DNA of 28,089 bases, taken from positions 1 through 28,089 of the forward strand of contig CBDBZY010000046.1 of the NCBI GenBank assembly GCA_965213685.1, written 5' to 3'. Below are positions 7,435 to 15,963 of the stretch, piece after piece. Under the pieces are notes generated by a model that was given only the letters and a program-made list of their open reading frames with translations, ran no database searches and had not been told where the DNA came from. The translations under genes were made by a program, and so were the position numbers. Every line of letters begins with the position of its first letter. The first letter of the stretch is position 1. The stretch comes from a bacterium. Its GTDB lineage: Bacteria; UBA8248.

Positions 7435-8514
7435 GTGAACGATTTGGGAATCTGGGACGTGGACGAGGCCACGAAAGCAGCGCAGCGGCTGGAGACGACC
7501 GACCGCGCGGATGCGGAGGCCCTGCTTGAGGAAGTATTCGTCAACAATCCATCGATGCTGATGCCGGGCCTTCAGCTGGTTGGGCGGCAATTGGCGACTG
7601 CCACCGGATGGCTGGATCTGCTGGGTATCGATTCCGAAGGTCGGTTGGTGGTGTTCGAATTGAAGCGGGGGACTCTGACGCGGGACGCCGTGGCACAGGC
7701 GGTTGATTACGCCTCTTGGCTAGACTCCTTGGATGACGAGGATCTTGGGACTCGTATCGCCGAGAATTCTCGACTGGATGGAAATGGAATCGACCACATC
7801 GAGAATTTCGAGGCTTGGTACGATGACCACGACAATTGGGACTCACTGGAATCGCTGAGACCCATCAGGATCGTTCTGGTCGGATTGGGAGCTGACGAAT
7901 CGGCCCGGCGCATGGCCGACTGGCTCGCCGCCAAGGGCGCCGAGATAGACCTGCTGACATTTTTCGGATTTCGTTGTGGGGGTCGGACGCTTTTCGCAAG
8001 GCAGCTCGACAGCGGCGATGAGGTACGGAAGCAGGAACGGCCTGACCAGACTGCGAATCGGCGCGCAAAAACCCAGGCGTCTAACCGCGACGCTATCGAT
8101 AACAAGCTTGATGAATATGGAATGCGGGACTGGTGGCGGGACGCCGTCGCCATGCTCGAACGTGGCTGCCGGTTCTCCTATAAGGCAAAATTGGGGATTA
8201 CCTTCGAAAAGCATCCGTGGCGTATGTTCTCGGGTGTCAAGGCGCGCGTATCTCACAAAATAGAAATTAGCGAACCGGGCGTCGCCCGCATCATCTTTTT
8301 TCCGGCTGCGGTGGATTTGTGCGTGGACGAGTTTGAAGAGCTGAGGCAGGTAATTCCCTTCGAGCTCGAAACGCCGCCCAATGCGCCGTCTACGGAACGG
8401 GTGCCCGAGCAATGGTCTTGTCGTTTGGATGAGGGTGGATGGCGAGAGTACCAAAGCAGAATCGAAGAGATCGTCCGCATGGTGGATGATCGATGGCGAG
8501 AGGCTGTGAACTAG
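7435..8514 (+). CDS. NucS/DUF91-like PD-(D/E)xK endonuclease with an unrecognised C-terminal domain, 359 aa
   Basis: EALLEE...LVGRQ...LDLLGID...VVFELKR...VAQAVDY gives the E/D/ExK catalytic residues plus the RecB/NucS-type QxxxY motif. GTG start at 7435 follows GGAGAGGAG. Confidence 0.82.
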   Translation: MNDLGIWDVDEATKAAQRLETTDRADAEALLEEVFVNNPSMLMPGLQLVGRQLATATGWLDLLGIDSEGRLVVFELKRGTLTRDAVAQAVDYASWLDSLDDEDLGTRIAENSRLDGNGIDHIENFEAWYDDHDNWDSLESLRPIRIVLVGLGADESARRMADWLAAKGAEIDLLTFFGFRCGGRTLFARQLDSGDEVRKQERPDQTANRRAKTQASNRDAIDNKLDEYGMRDWWRDAVAMLERGCRFSYKAKLGITFEKHPWRMFSGVKARVSHKIEISEPGVARIIFFPAAVDLCVDEFEELRQVIPFELETPPNAPSTERVPEQWSCRLDEGGWREYQSRIEEIVRMVDDRWREAVN

Positions 8515-8635
8515 CCGCGCGACGAGCTGTATCGTGGAGCGGCTGGTCGCCGAGGTTCCGGTCCAGCGCCTATCGTACCTTCAGTTCAGACGAGCAGGCG
8601 GACGCTTTCAGTGGGCGACGTTGGCGCCCGACACG

Positions 8636-10174
8636 TCATGGGGCGTCAGGAACCCGCCGATGTCGGGGAGGCTGATCGGCGCCCGGGTTCGGCGGTGCCG
8701 GAGGGGGCGATCCGCTCGCGCGCGGGGTCGGTTCGGCTTCCTCGGGAGGGGGAGTTCTGTGCGGTGCGACCATCTGGAGGTGTCGGATTCTGTTGTCGCG
8801 AACCGAGAGCACGAACAACTGGCGCCGCGCGTCGTTGTCCGCGCCCATGTCCGTTCGCCCCATCACCCCGTCGAAGCCCTCGAGAGAGGCGAGGCGTTGC
8901 CGGACCTCCGCCCTTGTCCTCGCACCCTGGGCGAGTGCCGAGAAGATGATTTGCGCCGCGTCATAGCCGAGGGCGGAGAGAATGTCGGGCTTTCTGCCAA
9001 AAATGGCCTGGAATTCATGGACGAAACGGGCGACCTTCGGCTCCTCCGAATCCGGGAAAAACCCGTCGACGAAGACGGTCCCCTCCACATAGCGTTCCCC
9101 GTGCGCGATCAACCGGCGGTGGTTCCACCCGCCCGCGCCCAGAAGCCGGATTTCGCGCATGTTGTAGAAGAGCGCCTGCGGGGCGATGAGAACCGCCTTG
9201 TCATGATGGGCCGGAACGAAGAGGGCGTCAAAATGCAGCCGCAGCGGAAGCGGGTCTGATTTCTTCAGCCCCAGCGAGAGTTTTCTCCTGGCCAGTTGTC
9301 TGTCGTCCAGGCCGCCCAAGGCGCGCATCTGCGCTCCGAAGTCGTTGGCGTTTTCCGGGAACGCGACGATTTGGACGACCCGGCCGCCCAGGCTCTCCAC
9401 CGCTCGCGCGAAGGCGTCGGCGAGTTCTTTTCCGTCCCGGTTGTCCGGGTGCAGGACGGCGAAGCGCTCGATGCCGAGGCGCCGGACGGCATACGCGGCG
9501 ACGCCTTGCCCCTGCAGGCGGTTCGTGAGCGAGTTTCGGAAAATCCAGGGGGAATCCCGGTCCATCTTCATGCGAATCGCGAACGGCGTGAGCATGGGCG
9601 CCCGGAGCCGATTCGCGACTTCGGCGGCGGCTTCCGTCGCCTGGGTGAGAAACGGCCCGATGAGGGCGATGACATTTTCTTTCCCGATTAACTCGGCCGC
9701 GACCTCCGCCGCCTCGCCCGGCGATTGCGCCGCGCTTCTCGTGTCCCGGATCGCGAGCTGAACCCGCAGGTCGGGGTATTTTACCAGACTGTGCCGAAGC
9801 GCCAGCTGGACGCCTTGATGGACGCGCTCGCCCGCCGAGGCGGCGGGGCCGGAGAGCGGGAGCATGATGCCGACGCGCCCGGGATGCGCGGCCGGTCGCG
9901 CGTTCGGCGCATCCGCTGTGCCGCCGCCAGGCGCATCCGCTTGCCCGGTCCGACGCGCCGGCGCCGACCACCTCTCCTCCCGCCCTGCGGCAGGGGCCGC
10001 TTGAGGAGGCTTTGCTGCCTTCGCTTTCGGGGCGGCCTCCACCTTCTGGGCGGGAGGGCGCGTGGTTACCCGGGGGGGGAAGGAGGGGGACGGGCCGGGG
10101 TCGAGGCCGCATCCGGCGATGAGCCACGCGGCGAGAGAGGCACCCGATGTGAACCGCATGATGGGGCTTGGCAT
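8636..10174 (-). CDS. Lipoprotein with a type-1 periplasmic-binding-protein fold, LpoA/LppC-like penicillin-binding-protein activator, 512 aa
   Basis: Lipobox LIAG|C; Pro/Ala-rich linker; VGIMLPLSG, IRDT, LIGPF, LFVPA and ALGYDAA motifs typical of the LppC/Peripla_BP_6 domain; RBS-like AGAAAGGGA upstream of the ATG. Confidence 0.75.
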   Translation of the reverse strand: MPSPIMRFTSGASLAAWLIAGCGLDPGPSPSFPPRVTTRPPAQKVEAAPKAKAAKPPQAAPAAGREERWSAPARRTGQADAPGGGTADAPNARPAAHPGRVGIMLPLSGPAASAGERVHQGVQLALRHSLVKYPDLRVQLAIRDTRSAAQSPGEAAEVAAELIGKENVIALIGPFLTQATEAAAEVANRLRAPMLTPFAIRMKMDRDSPWIFRNSLTNRLQGQGVAAYAVRRLGIERFAVLHPDNRDGKELADAFARAVESLGGRVVQIVAFPENANDFGAQMRALGGLDDRQLARRKLSLGLKKSDPLPLRLHFDALFVPAHHDKAVLIAPQALFYNMREIRLLGAGGWNHRRLIAHGERYVEGTVFVDGFFPDSEEPKVARFVHEFQAIFGRKPDILSALGYDAAQIIFSALAQGARTRAEVRQRLASLEGFDGVMGRTDMGADNDARRQLFVLSVRDNRIRHLQMVAPHRTPPPEEAEPTPRASGSPPPAPPNPGADQPPRHRRVPDAP

Positions 10175-10233
10175 TGTCCCTTTCTGTCCTCTCTGTTCTG
10201 TCCTCGCGCGGGCGGGGCGATACGCCATGCGGG

Positions 10234-10262
10234 AGGGTAGAAATTGGGTGGTGAGGTGTCAA
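10234..10262 (-). promoter_or_regulatory. Putative sigma70 promoter for the LpoA-like gene
   Basis: Minus strand TTGACA-17 nt-TACCCT, about 60 nt upstream of the start codon. Confidence 0.55.
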
Positions 10263-10353
10263 GGGTGCGTGCACCTGGCGGATTTGGCTAGAATCTCCGG
10301 GGATGCGCGACGCATGATTCCGCGGTTCTCCTTATCTACCGGAGGCGGCAAGG

Positions 10354-11328
10354 TTGAATGAAGGATCGGGGGAGTTGCGGCCCGGGGCGGAATCATTTTC
10401 ACCGCCGGCACACGAGGCCGGACGCACCGGCCGCGGTCGTTTCGAGGGTTCGGGCCTCGAGGTGGAGGGCGGGGCGGGGGTGCGCGATGCGCCCTGGAGA
10501 ACCGTGGGCGTTCCCGCCGCCCTGTTTGCGCTGACTGTCCTTTCCACCTTGCTTGCGGGCACCCTCCAGCGCGGCTTCGCACCGGACGTCATTTTGGCGC
10601 GGCCGTCTGCTCTGGCGGCCGGGCTTCCGTATTCGTTGACGCTGCTGCTGATTCTCGGGGCGCACGAGATGGGACATTATGTCGCGGTCCGCAGGTGGGG
10701 GATGGCCGCGTCCTTGCCCTATTTTCTGCCGGCGCCCTCTTTTCTGGGAACATTCGGTGCGATCATCCGGATGCGCGGAAGAATCCGGAACCGAAACGCG
10801 CTGATGGACGTGGCCGTCTCGGGGCCGCTGGCTGGCATGGCCGTGGCGGTGCCCGCCGTATGCGTCGGATTGGCACTCTCCATGCGGGTTCCCGGGGGAG
10901 GCTCGGGCGGCATCCGACTCGGCTCCCCCCTCCTGTTCGACGGCGTCGCATGGCTCGTCCATGGCCCGATTCCCCAGGGCCAGGACATCCTCCTCCATCC
11001 GGTGGCCTTCGCGGGCTGGTGCGGGCTGCTGGTCACCTCCCTGAACCTGATACCCGCCGGACAACTCGACGGCGGACACATCGCATACGCACTCCTCGGC
11101 AGGCGGCACGCCAGGGCGTCGCTCCTGGTTGGCCTGGTCTTGCTGGCGATGGGATACTGGTGGCCGGGCTGGATATTCTGGGCCGCACTGACGCTTCTGT
11201 GGGGGAGACGCCACCCGCCCCTGATGGAGGAGTGGACGCCTTTGGCGCGCGCGAGGCGATTTTGGGGATATGGATGTATGATGCTCCTCGTTCTTACATT
11301 CACCTTGGTGCCGATTCGGTTGTTCTGA
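10354..11328 (+). CDS. Site-2 intramembrane metalloprotease (M50)
   Basis: HEMGH zinc motif, GTFGA, SGPLAG and NLIPAGQLDGGH; multiple hydrophobic segments; GGAGG upstream of the TTG start. Confidence 0.92.
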   Translation: MNEGSGELRPGAESFSPPAHEAGRTGRGRFEGSGLEVEGGAGVRDAPWRTVGVPAALFALTVLSTLLAGTLQRGFAPDVILARPSALAAGLPYSLTLLLILGAHEMGHYVAVRRWGMAASLPYFLPAPSFLGTFGAIIRMRGRIRNRNALMDVAVSGPLAGMAVAVPAVCVGLALSMRVPGGGSGGIRLGSPLLFDGVAWLVHGPIPQGQDILLHPVAFAGWCGLLVTSLNLIPAGQLDGGHIAYALLGRRHARASLLVGLVLLAMGYWWPGWIFWAALTLLWGRRHPPLMEEWTPLARARRFWGYGCMMLLVLTFTLVPIRLF

Positions 11329-11358
11329 TATTTTTGGGGGACGGGGGAGAGAGCCATC

Positions 11359-12414
11359 GTGCGCGGCGACTCGACATATCCTCCCGCCATTGACGTCGGG
11401 AGCTCCTGCGTCAAGTTGGTCCAGCTCGGGCGGGGGCGCGCGGGATTTTTTCTCTCCCGTCTGGGAATGTCCCCCGTCGCCCCGGGCGCCGTACAGGGCG
11501 GTTGTGTGCGCGACGGGGAGGAGGTCGCGCGGGCGGTGCTCCGGGTGCTCTCCAACGGGGAGGGAAAAGAAAAAAAGGTGGTCGTGGCGCTCCCGGGCAG
11601 GGCGGCGATGCTGAAGACGGTGCTGCTGCCCCAGGAGGAGGGTTTTCCCGTGCGGGACGCCATGGAGGCCGAGGCCCTGCAGGTGTTGCCCGTCCCCCTG
11701 GATGAGGTGCGCCTCTCCCATCTGCGAATCGGCCCCCTGCAGGAAAATGGCAAGACGATGGATGAGTATCTGATGATCGCCGTGAGGCGGAAGCCTTTCA
11801 GGAAATTGCTCGACGTGTTCCGGTCCATGGACTGGAAACCCGTGGTGGTGGACGTGAACCTTCTGGCGTTGGAGGGCGCTTTTTTTCTTTCGGAAATGAA
11901 TCAAAAGGGGGAGACGGTCGCCTTGGTGGACGTTGGAGCGTCCGAGACCCTGGTGAACGTGGTGCGCGATGCGCACACCTTGATCGCGCGGGCCATCCCG
12001 TTCGGCGGGATGGGGGTGACGGAAGCGATAGCGCGCCGCCTGGAGGTTTCCCGGGAGGAGGCGGAGGCCATCAAACTGGGGAGGGCGTCTCCCCCGAATC
12101 CGCGCGCCGTGGCCGACGCCATCCGGGAGGAGGCGGAAAATCTGGCGCGCGAGCTCAGGCAAACGTTTCGCCTGATTTGGGGGATGCCTCCCTGGCGGCA
12201 CATCGGCCGGGTGATCCTGTCCGGGGGCGGCGCCTCTCTGGAGGATCTCCCGTCCCATCTGGACACCATGCTGGACTTGCCGGTGGACATCCTCGATCCG
12301 TTTCGGCGTGTCGAGGTGCCCGAGGGCCGGTTCGAGCCGCATTTTGTGGCCTCCCTGTCGCCCGTTGCCGCCATCGGCGCGGGACTGGCGTATCGCGCGG
12401 CGGAATCCGGATGA
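11359..12414 (+). CDS. pilM: Type IV pilus assembly protein PilM (actin/FtsA-like), orphan
   Basis: IDVGSSCVKLVQL, VVALPG, PVVVDVNLLAL, ALVDVGASET, IPFGGMGVTEAI, EAEAIK, ILSGGGA, DPF and AIGAGLA follow the PilM pattern. Confidence 0.82.
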   Translation: MRGDSTYPPAIDVGSSCVKLVQLGRGRAGFFLSRLGMSPVAPGAVQGGCVRDGEEVARAVLRVLSNGEGKEKKVVVALPGRAAMLKTVLLPQEEGFPVRDAMEAEALQVLPVPLDEVRLSHLRIGPLQENGKTMDEYLMIAVRRKPFRKLLDVFRSMDWKPVVVDVNLLALEGAFFLSEMNQKGETVALVDVGASETLVNVVRDAHTLIARAIPFGGMGVTEAIARRLEVSREEAEAIKLGRASPPNPRAVADAIREEAENLARELRQTFRLIWGMPPWRHIGRVILSGGGASLEDLPSHLDTMLDLPVDILDPFRRVEVPEGRFEPHFVASLSPVAAIGAGLAYRAAESG

Positions 12415-13497
12415 GGAGCGTCCGGGTTCAGTTGGGAGATCGCTCCTACGCGATCCGGATCGGGGCGAACGCACTGGAGGAGATCGGCAAGGTTTCCCTC
12501 CAGCATTTCGCTGGGGGGAGGGCGCTCGTGGTCACGGACAACAACGTCGCGGCGCTGTATGCCGAGAAAACGCTGGAGCTGCTCGGACGCGCGGGCGTTG
12601 TTGCGTCCTGGATGCGGATTCCGGCGGGCGAGGCGAGCAAATCGCTCCGCCAGCTGTCGAGAATACTGGACAAGATGGCGTCCCTCAGACTGGACAGAGG
12701 CTGCGGCGTCGTCGCCCTGGGCGGCGGCGTGGTGGGCGATGTCGCCGGATTCGCGGCGGCCATCTTTCTGCGGGGGATTCCCTACATACAGGTTCCGACA
12801 ACGCTTCTGGCCCAGGTGGACAGCGCGGTGGGAGGCAAGACGGCGATTGATCACAAGCGCGGGAAGAACCTTGTCGGGGCGTTTCATCAGCCGGCGGCCG
12901 TGGTGAGCGACACCTCCGCCCTGAAAACGTTGCCGGAGCGGGAATTCCTGGCGGGGCTGGCCGAAGTGGTGAAACACGCGGCCATCGCCGACAGACGCTT
13001 GTTCTCTTTTCTGGAGAAAAACGGGAGGCGGATTCTGGAGCGAAGCGGGAGCGTGATGGAGCCCGTCGTCGCGTCGAATTGCCGCATCAAGGCGAAAGTC
13101 GTCGAGCGCGATGAGCGCGAGGCGGGGTTGCGGGAGATACTGAACTACGGGCATACGCTCGGACACGCGGTGGAGGCGTTGGCGGGCTATTCCTCCAGGC
13201 TGCTCCACGGAGAGGCGGTCGCCATCGGCATGGCGGCGGCGAGCAGGATATCTTGCGAGATGGGATGCTGCGCGCCCGGGGACGCGGAGAGGCTGATCGC
13301 CTTGCTGGATCGGTTCGGGCTGCCCACGAAGATGGAGGAGCCGCCCAAACTCCCGGTCTTGAAGCGGCAGGTCGCCAGCGACAAAAAAAACGCGCCAGGG
13401 AAATCCGCGCTTCGTCTTGATGCGCAAGATCGGCGAGGTGGAATCGGGCGTGGAGGTCCCGCCTCGGCTGTGGCGGGGCGCCCTCGCCGGTTCGTGA
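12411..13497 (+). CDS. aroB: 3-dehydroquinate synthase; +1 frameshift at ~13383-13407 (likely sequencing error)
   Basis: GEASKS, ALGGGVVGD, QVPTTLLAQVDSAVGGKT, KNLVGAFHQP, LNYGHTLGHA, HGEAVAIG and DKK. The expected RFVLMRKIG C-terminus is in the +1 frame and ends at TGA 13495-13497. ATGA overlap with pilM. Confidence 0.95.
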
Positions 13498-13518
13498 TGC
13501 GCCGGCGGCTCCTGTTTG

Positions 13519-13547
13519 TTGACGCCCCCGGCCGTGTTTTCTACGAT
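13519..13547 (+). promoter_or_regulatory. Putative sigma70 promoter for aroQ-peptidase-efp
   Basis: TTGACG-17 nt-TACGAT, between the corrected aroB stop and the aroQ start. Confidence 0.65.
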
Positions 13548-13601
13548 TCCCCCTCGGCGTTCGCGCGGGCATGACGCGCGCCCTCCCCTTTGGGCGAACC
13601 T

Positions 13602-14096
13602 ATGAGAATGCTTCTTCTGAATGGCCCGAATCTCAATTTGCTCGGAAAGCGCGAGCCCGAAGTGTATGGCGAGACCACGCTGGCGCAGCTGGAGGCGGCT
13701 CTCGTGCGGATGGCCGCGGATGAGGGGGTGACCCTGGAGTGCCGTCAGTCCAACGTGGAGGGCGAACTCATCGACGCGCTCCAGTGCGCGGGGGGCGCCA
13801 GGCCGCCGCAAGCGGGCGCGGCACCATCCGGGGAATGCGCCGCCTGCATCTTCAATCCGGGAGGATATACCCATACCAGCGTCGCTCTCCGGGACGCGGT
13901 GGGCGGGCTGGAAGTGCCGGTCTATGAAGTGCATATCTCCAACGTCTTGAAGCGCGAGGATTTCCGGCATCGTTCGATGATCGGGCCGGTGGCGGCGGGA
14001 ACCATCATCGGGTATGGCCTGGAGGGCTACGCCCTGGCCTTGCGGGCGGCGGTGGATCGCCATGTCAAGGCGCTGCGATTCCCCCCGGAGGCGTGA
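13602..14096 (+). CDS. aroQ: Type II 3-dehydroquinate dehydratase
   Basis: LNGPNLNLLGKREPEVYG, QSNVEG, NPGGYTHTSVALRDA and EVHISN...RE.FRH.S. Confidence 0.96.
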   Translation: MRMLLLNGPNLNLLGKREPEVYGETTLAQLEAALVRMAADEGVTLECRQSNVEGELIDALQCAGGARPPQAGAAPSGECAACIFNPGGYTHTSVALRDAVGGLEVPVYEVHISNVLKREDFRHRSMIGPVAAGTIIGYGLEGYALALRAAVDRHVKALRFPPEA

Positions 14097-15166
14097 TGCG
14101 GGAGCGCCTGAGCGCACTGAGAGGGGCGATGCAGCGTGACGGCCTGTCCGCCCTTGCCGTGACGGACATGCGGAACGTCCATTACCTGACCGGATTCACC
14201 GGCTCGACCGGCGCCTGCCTCGTCTCCATGGGAAGCGCCGCGTTCATCACGGATTTCCGGTATCGCTCCCAGGCGGCGAAAGAGGTGGCGCCTGACTATC
14301 GCCGCGTCGAGTATCCCTCCCCCATCAAGGGAATCGCCCGGGAGGTGCCGAGAACCCAGGCGGATGTGCTCGCCTTCGAGGAGGAGCACCTCACCCACGG
14401 CGCTTTCCGGCGATTGCGAAAACTCGTCCGGGGGGTGCGCCTGAAACCCGTCTCGGGGCTCGTGGAGGGGTTGAGGCGTTGCAAGGATTCCGGTGAAATT
14501 AGAAAGTTGAGGCGAGGCGCGCGGGTGAACGCCGAGGCGTTGCGCGAGACGCTGCCCCTGATTCAGCCGGGACGCACCGAATCGGATGTCGCCCTGGACC
14601 TCGAAGTCGCGATGAGAAGGCGGGGAGCCTCCGGGCCCGCTTTCGAGACCATCGTCGCCTCCGGCCCGCGCTCGGCGCTTCCGCACGGGGTCGCCACGTC
14701 GAGGAAGCTCAGAACGGGGGACCTCATCACCATCGATTTCGGCGCCGTCGTGTCGGGCTACCATGCGGATACGACGCGCGTGTTCTCCCTGGGGCAGCCG
14801 TCGCCCAAGGGCGAGAGAATCTATCACATCGTCCTAGAGGCGCAGATGGCGGCGGTGGAGGCCGTGAAGCCGGGCGCGATTTGCGGGGAGGTGGACAAGG
14901 CCGCGCGCGACATCATCGCAGGGCATGGCCATGGCGACGCCTTCGGGCATGGGACGGGCCACGGCCTCGGACTCCGCATCCACGAGGCGCCCAGACTCGC
15001 CCCGGACGAAAAAGGAGAGTTGAAGCCGGGGATGCTGGTGACGGTGGAGCCCGGCATATATCTTCCCCGCTGGGGCGGCGTCAGAATCGAGGACATGGTT
15101 CTCGTCACCGAGCGGGGAAAACAGGTGCTCACCCGTTCGATAACAAAGGAACTCGTTGTTTTGTGA
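14093..15166 (+). CDS. Xaa-Pro peptidase, M24B family (YqhT/PepQ/PepP-like)
   Basis: YLTGFTGS, TDFRY, FETIVASG...ALPHG, DFGA...YHADTTR, HGTGHGLGLRIHEAP, TVEPGIY and GVRIED; GTGA overlap with aroQ. Confidence 0.93.
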   Translation: MMRERLSALRGAMQRDGLSALAVTDMRNVHYLTGFTGSTGACLVSMGSAAFITDFRYRSQAAKEVAPDYRRVEYPSPIKGIAREVPRTQADVLAFEEEHLTHGAFRRLRKLVRGVRLKPVSGLVEGLRRCKDSGEIRKLRRGARVNAEALRETLPLIQPGRTESDVALDLEVAMRRRGASGPAFETIVASGPRSALPHGVATSRKLRTGDLITIDFGAVVSGYHADTTRVFSLGQPSPKGERIYHIVLEAQMAAVEAVKPGAICGEVDKAARDIIAGHGHGDAFGHGTGHGLGLRIHEAPRLAPDEKGELKPGMLVTVEPGIYLPRWGGVRIEDMVLVTERGKQVLTRSITKELVVL

Positions 15167-15200
15167 ACGTTTATTTGCTACCAGGAGGTTTCTCGATTCC

Positions 15201-15767
15201 ATGCCCTCGACAAGCGATTTTCGCAATGGACTGAAGATTGAGCTGGCCAACGAACCCTTCGCGATAGTGGAGTTCCAGCATGTGAAGCCCGGCAAGGGTG
15301 GTGCCTTCGTGCGCACGAAGCTGAAAAACCTGAGGACGGGCCGCGTTCTGGAGAAAACGTTCCGCTCGGGCGAATCCGTCGGAGACCCCCGGATCGAGCA
15401 GAAGCAGATGCAGTATCTCTATCGGGACGGCGACATTCTGTATTTCATGGACACCGCAACGTATGATCAGACCGGGCTGGGGGTGGAGAATCTGGGCGAC
15501 AGCGTCCGGCTTCTGAGCGAGGAGACGATAGTCGACATCCTCTTCTACAAAGGCGCCGCGATCTCCATCGAAATGCCCACGTTCGTGGAGTTGGCGATCA
15601 AAAAAACGGAGCCGGGCCTGCGCGGCGATACGGCAACGGGCGCAACCAAGCAGGCGGAGCTGGAGACGGGCGCGACAGTCGCCGTGCCCCTGTTCCTGAA
15701 CGAGGGCGACGTGCTGAAAATCGACACGCGCACGGGGGAGTACATCGAGCGGGTGAAGACGGCGTAG
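15201..15767 (+). CDS. efp: Elongation factor P (Lys-type PGKG loop), 188 aa
   Basis: FQHVKPGKGGAFVRTKLKN, PGLRGDTA and VPLF...IDTRTGEY; RBS AGGAGGT at 15183-15189. Confidence 0.98.
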   Translation: MPSTSDFRNGLKIELANEPFAIVEFQHVKPGKGGAFVRTKLKNLRTGRVLEKTFRSGESVGDPRIEQKQMQYLYRDGDILYFMDTATYDQTGLGVENLGDSVRLLSEETIVDILFYKGAAISIEMPTFVELAIKKTEPGLRGDTATGATKQAELETGATVAVPLFLNEGDVLKIDTRTGEYIERVKTA

Positions 15768-15794
15768 GGGGCCTCCTCCTCCAGCAGAAAAGTC

Positions 15795-15825
15795 TTGACA
15801 AACGCGGCGGGGTGTCGCATATGTT
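15795..15825 (+). promoter_or_regulatory. Possible sigma70 promoter for the liv operon
   Basis: Perfect TTGACA at 15795-15800; the best -10 (TATGTT, 15820-15825) has a long 19-nt spacer. Confidence 0.4.
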
Positions 15826-15963
15826 GTGCGTCCAAATCACATACGTTCGGCGCGCGGGAGATGCGGGGTCGTCGCAGAAATCATGGCTGTTGCCAATGTT
15901 GAATTAGGGTGGTCGGAATGACGCTTGTGTCACTATAAAGAGTTATCGGAAAGGAGATTCCAC

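Noticed and set aside
5214-7547. 777-aa antisense ORF over the helicase
   Set aside because: It has no recognisable motifs. Long antisense shadow ORFs are expected opposite genes with GC-rich third codon positions.
5079-8514. Calling the insert DISARM, Druantia, Dpd, Hachiman or MrfAB
   Set aside because: The required partner genes (DrmA/methylase, other Dru or Dpd genes, HamA DUF1837, MrfB DEDDh exonuclease) are not recognisable in the window.
8515-8635. Possible third island gene (ORF 8534-9259) or att site
   Set aside because: The ORF is mostly antisense to the LpoA-like gene and has no RBS or motifs. I found no repeat matching the left border, only a weak GGGCG/CGCCC hairpin.
13498-13574. 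Extended AroB C-terminus to 13574
   Set aside because: Frameshift artefact. The conserved C-terminus is in the +1 frame, and the extension would run over a good aroQ promoter.
10399-14117. Long minus-strand ORFs (691 aa and 738 aa), and similar ones at 2292-3890, 18425-20047 and 25572-26792
   Set aside because: They are Arg/Pro/Gly-rich shadow ORFs opposite well-supported genes.
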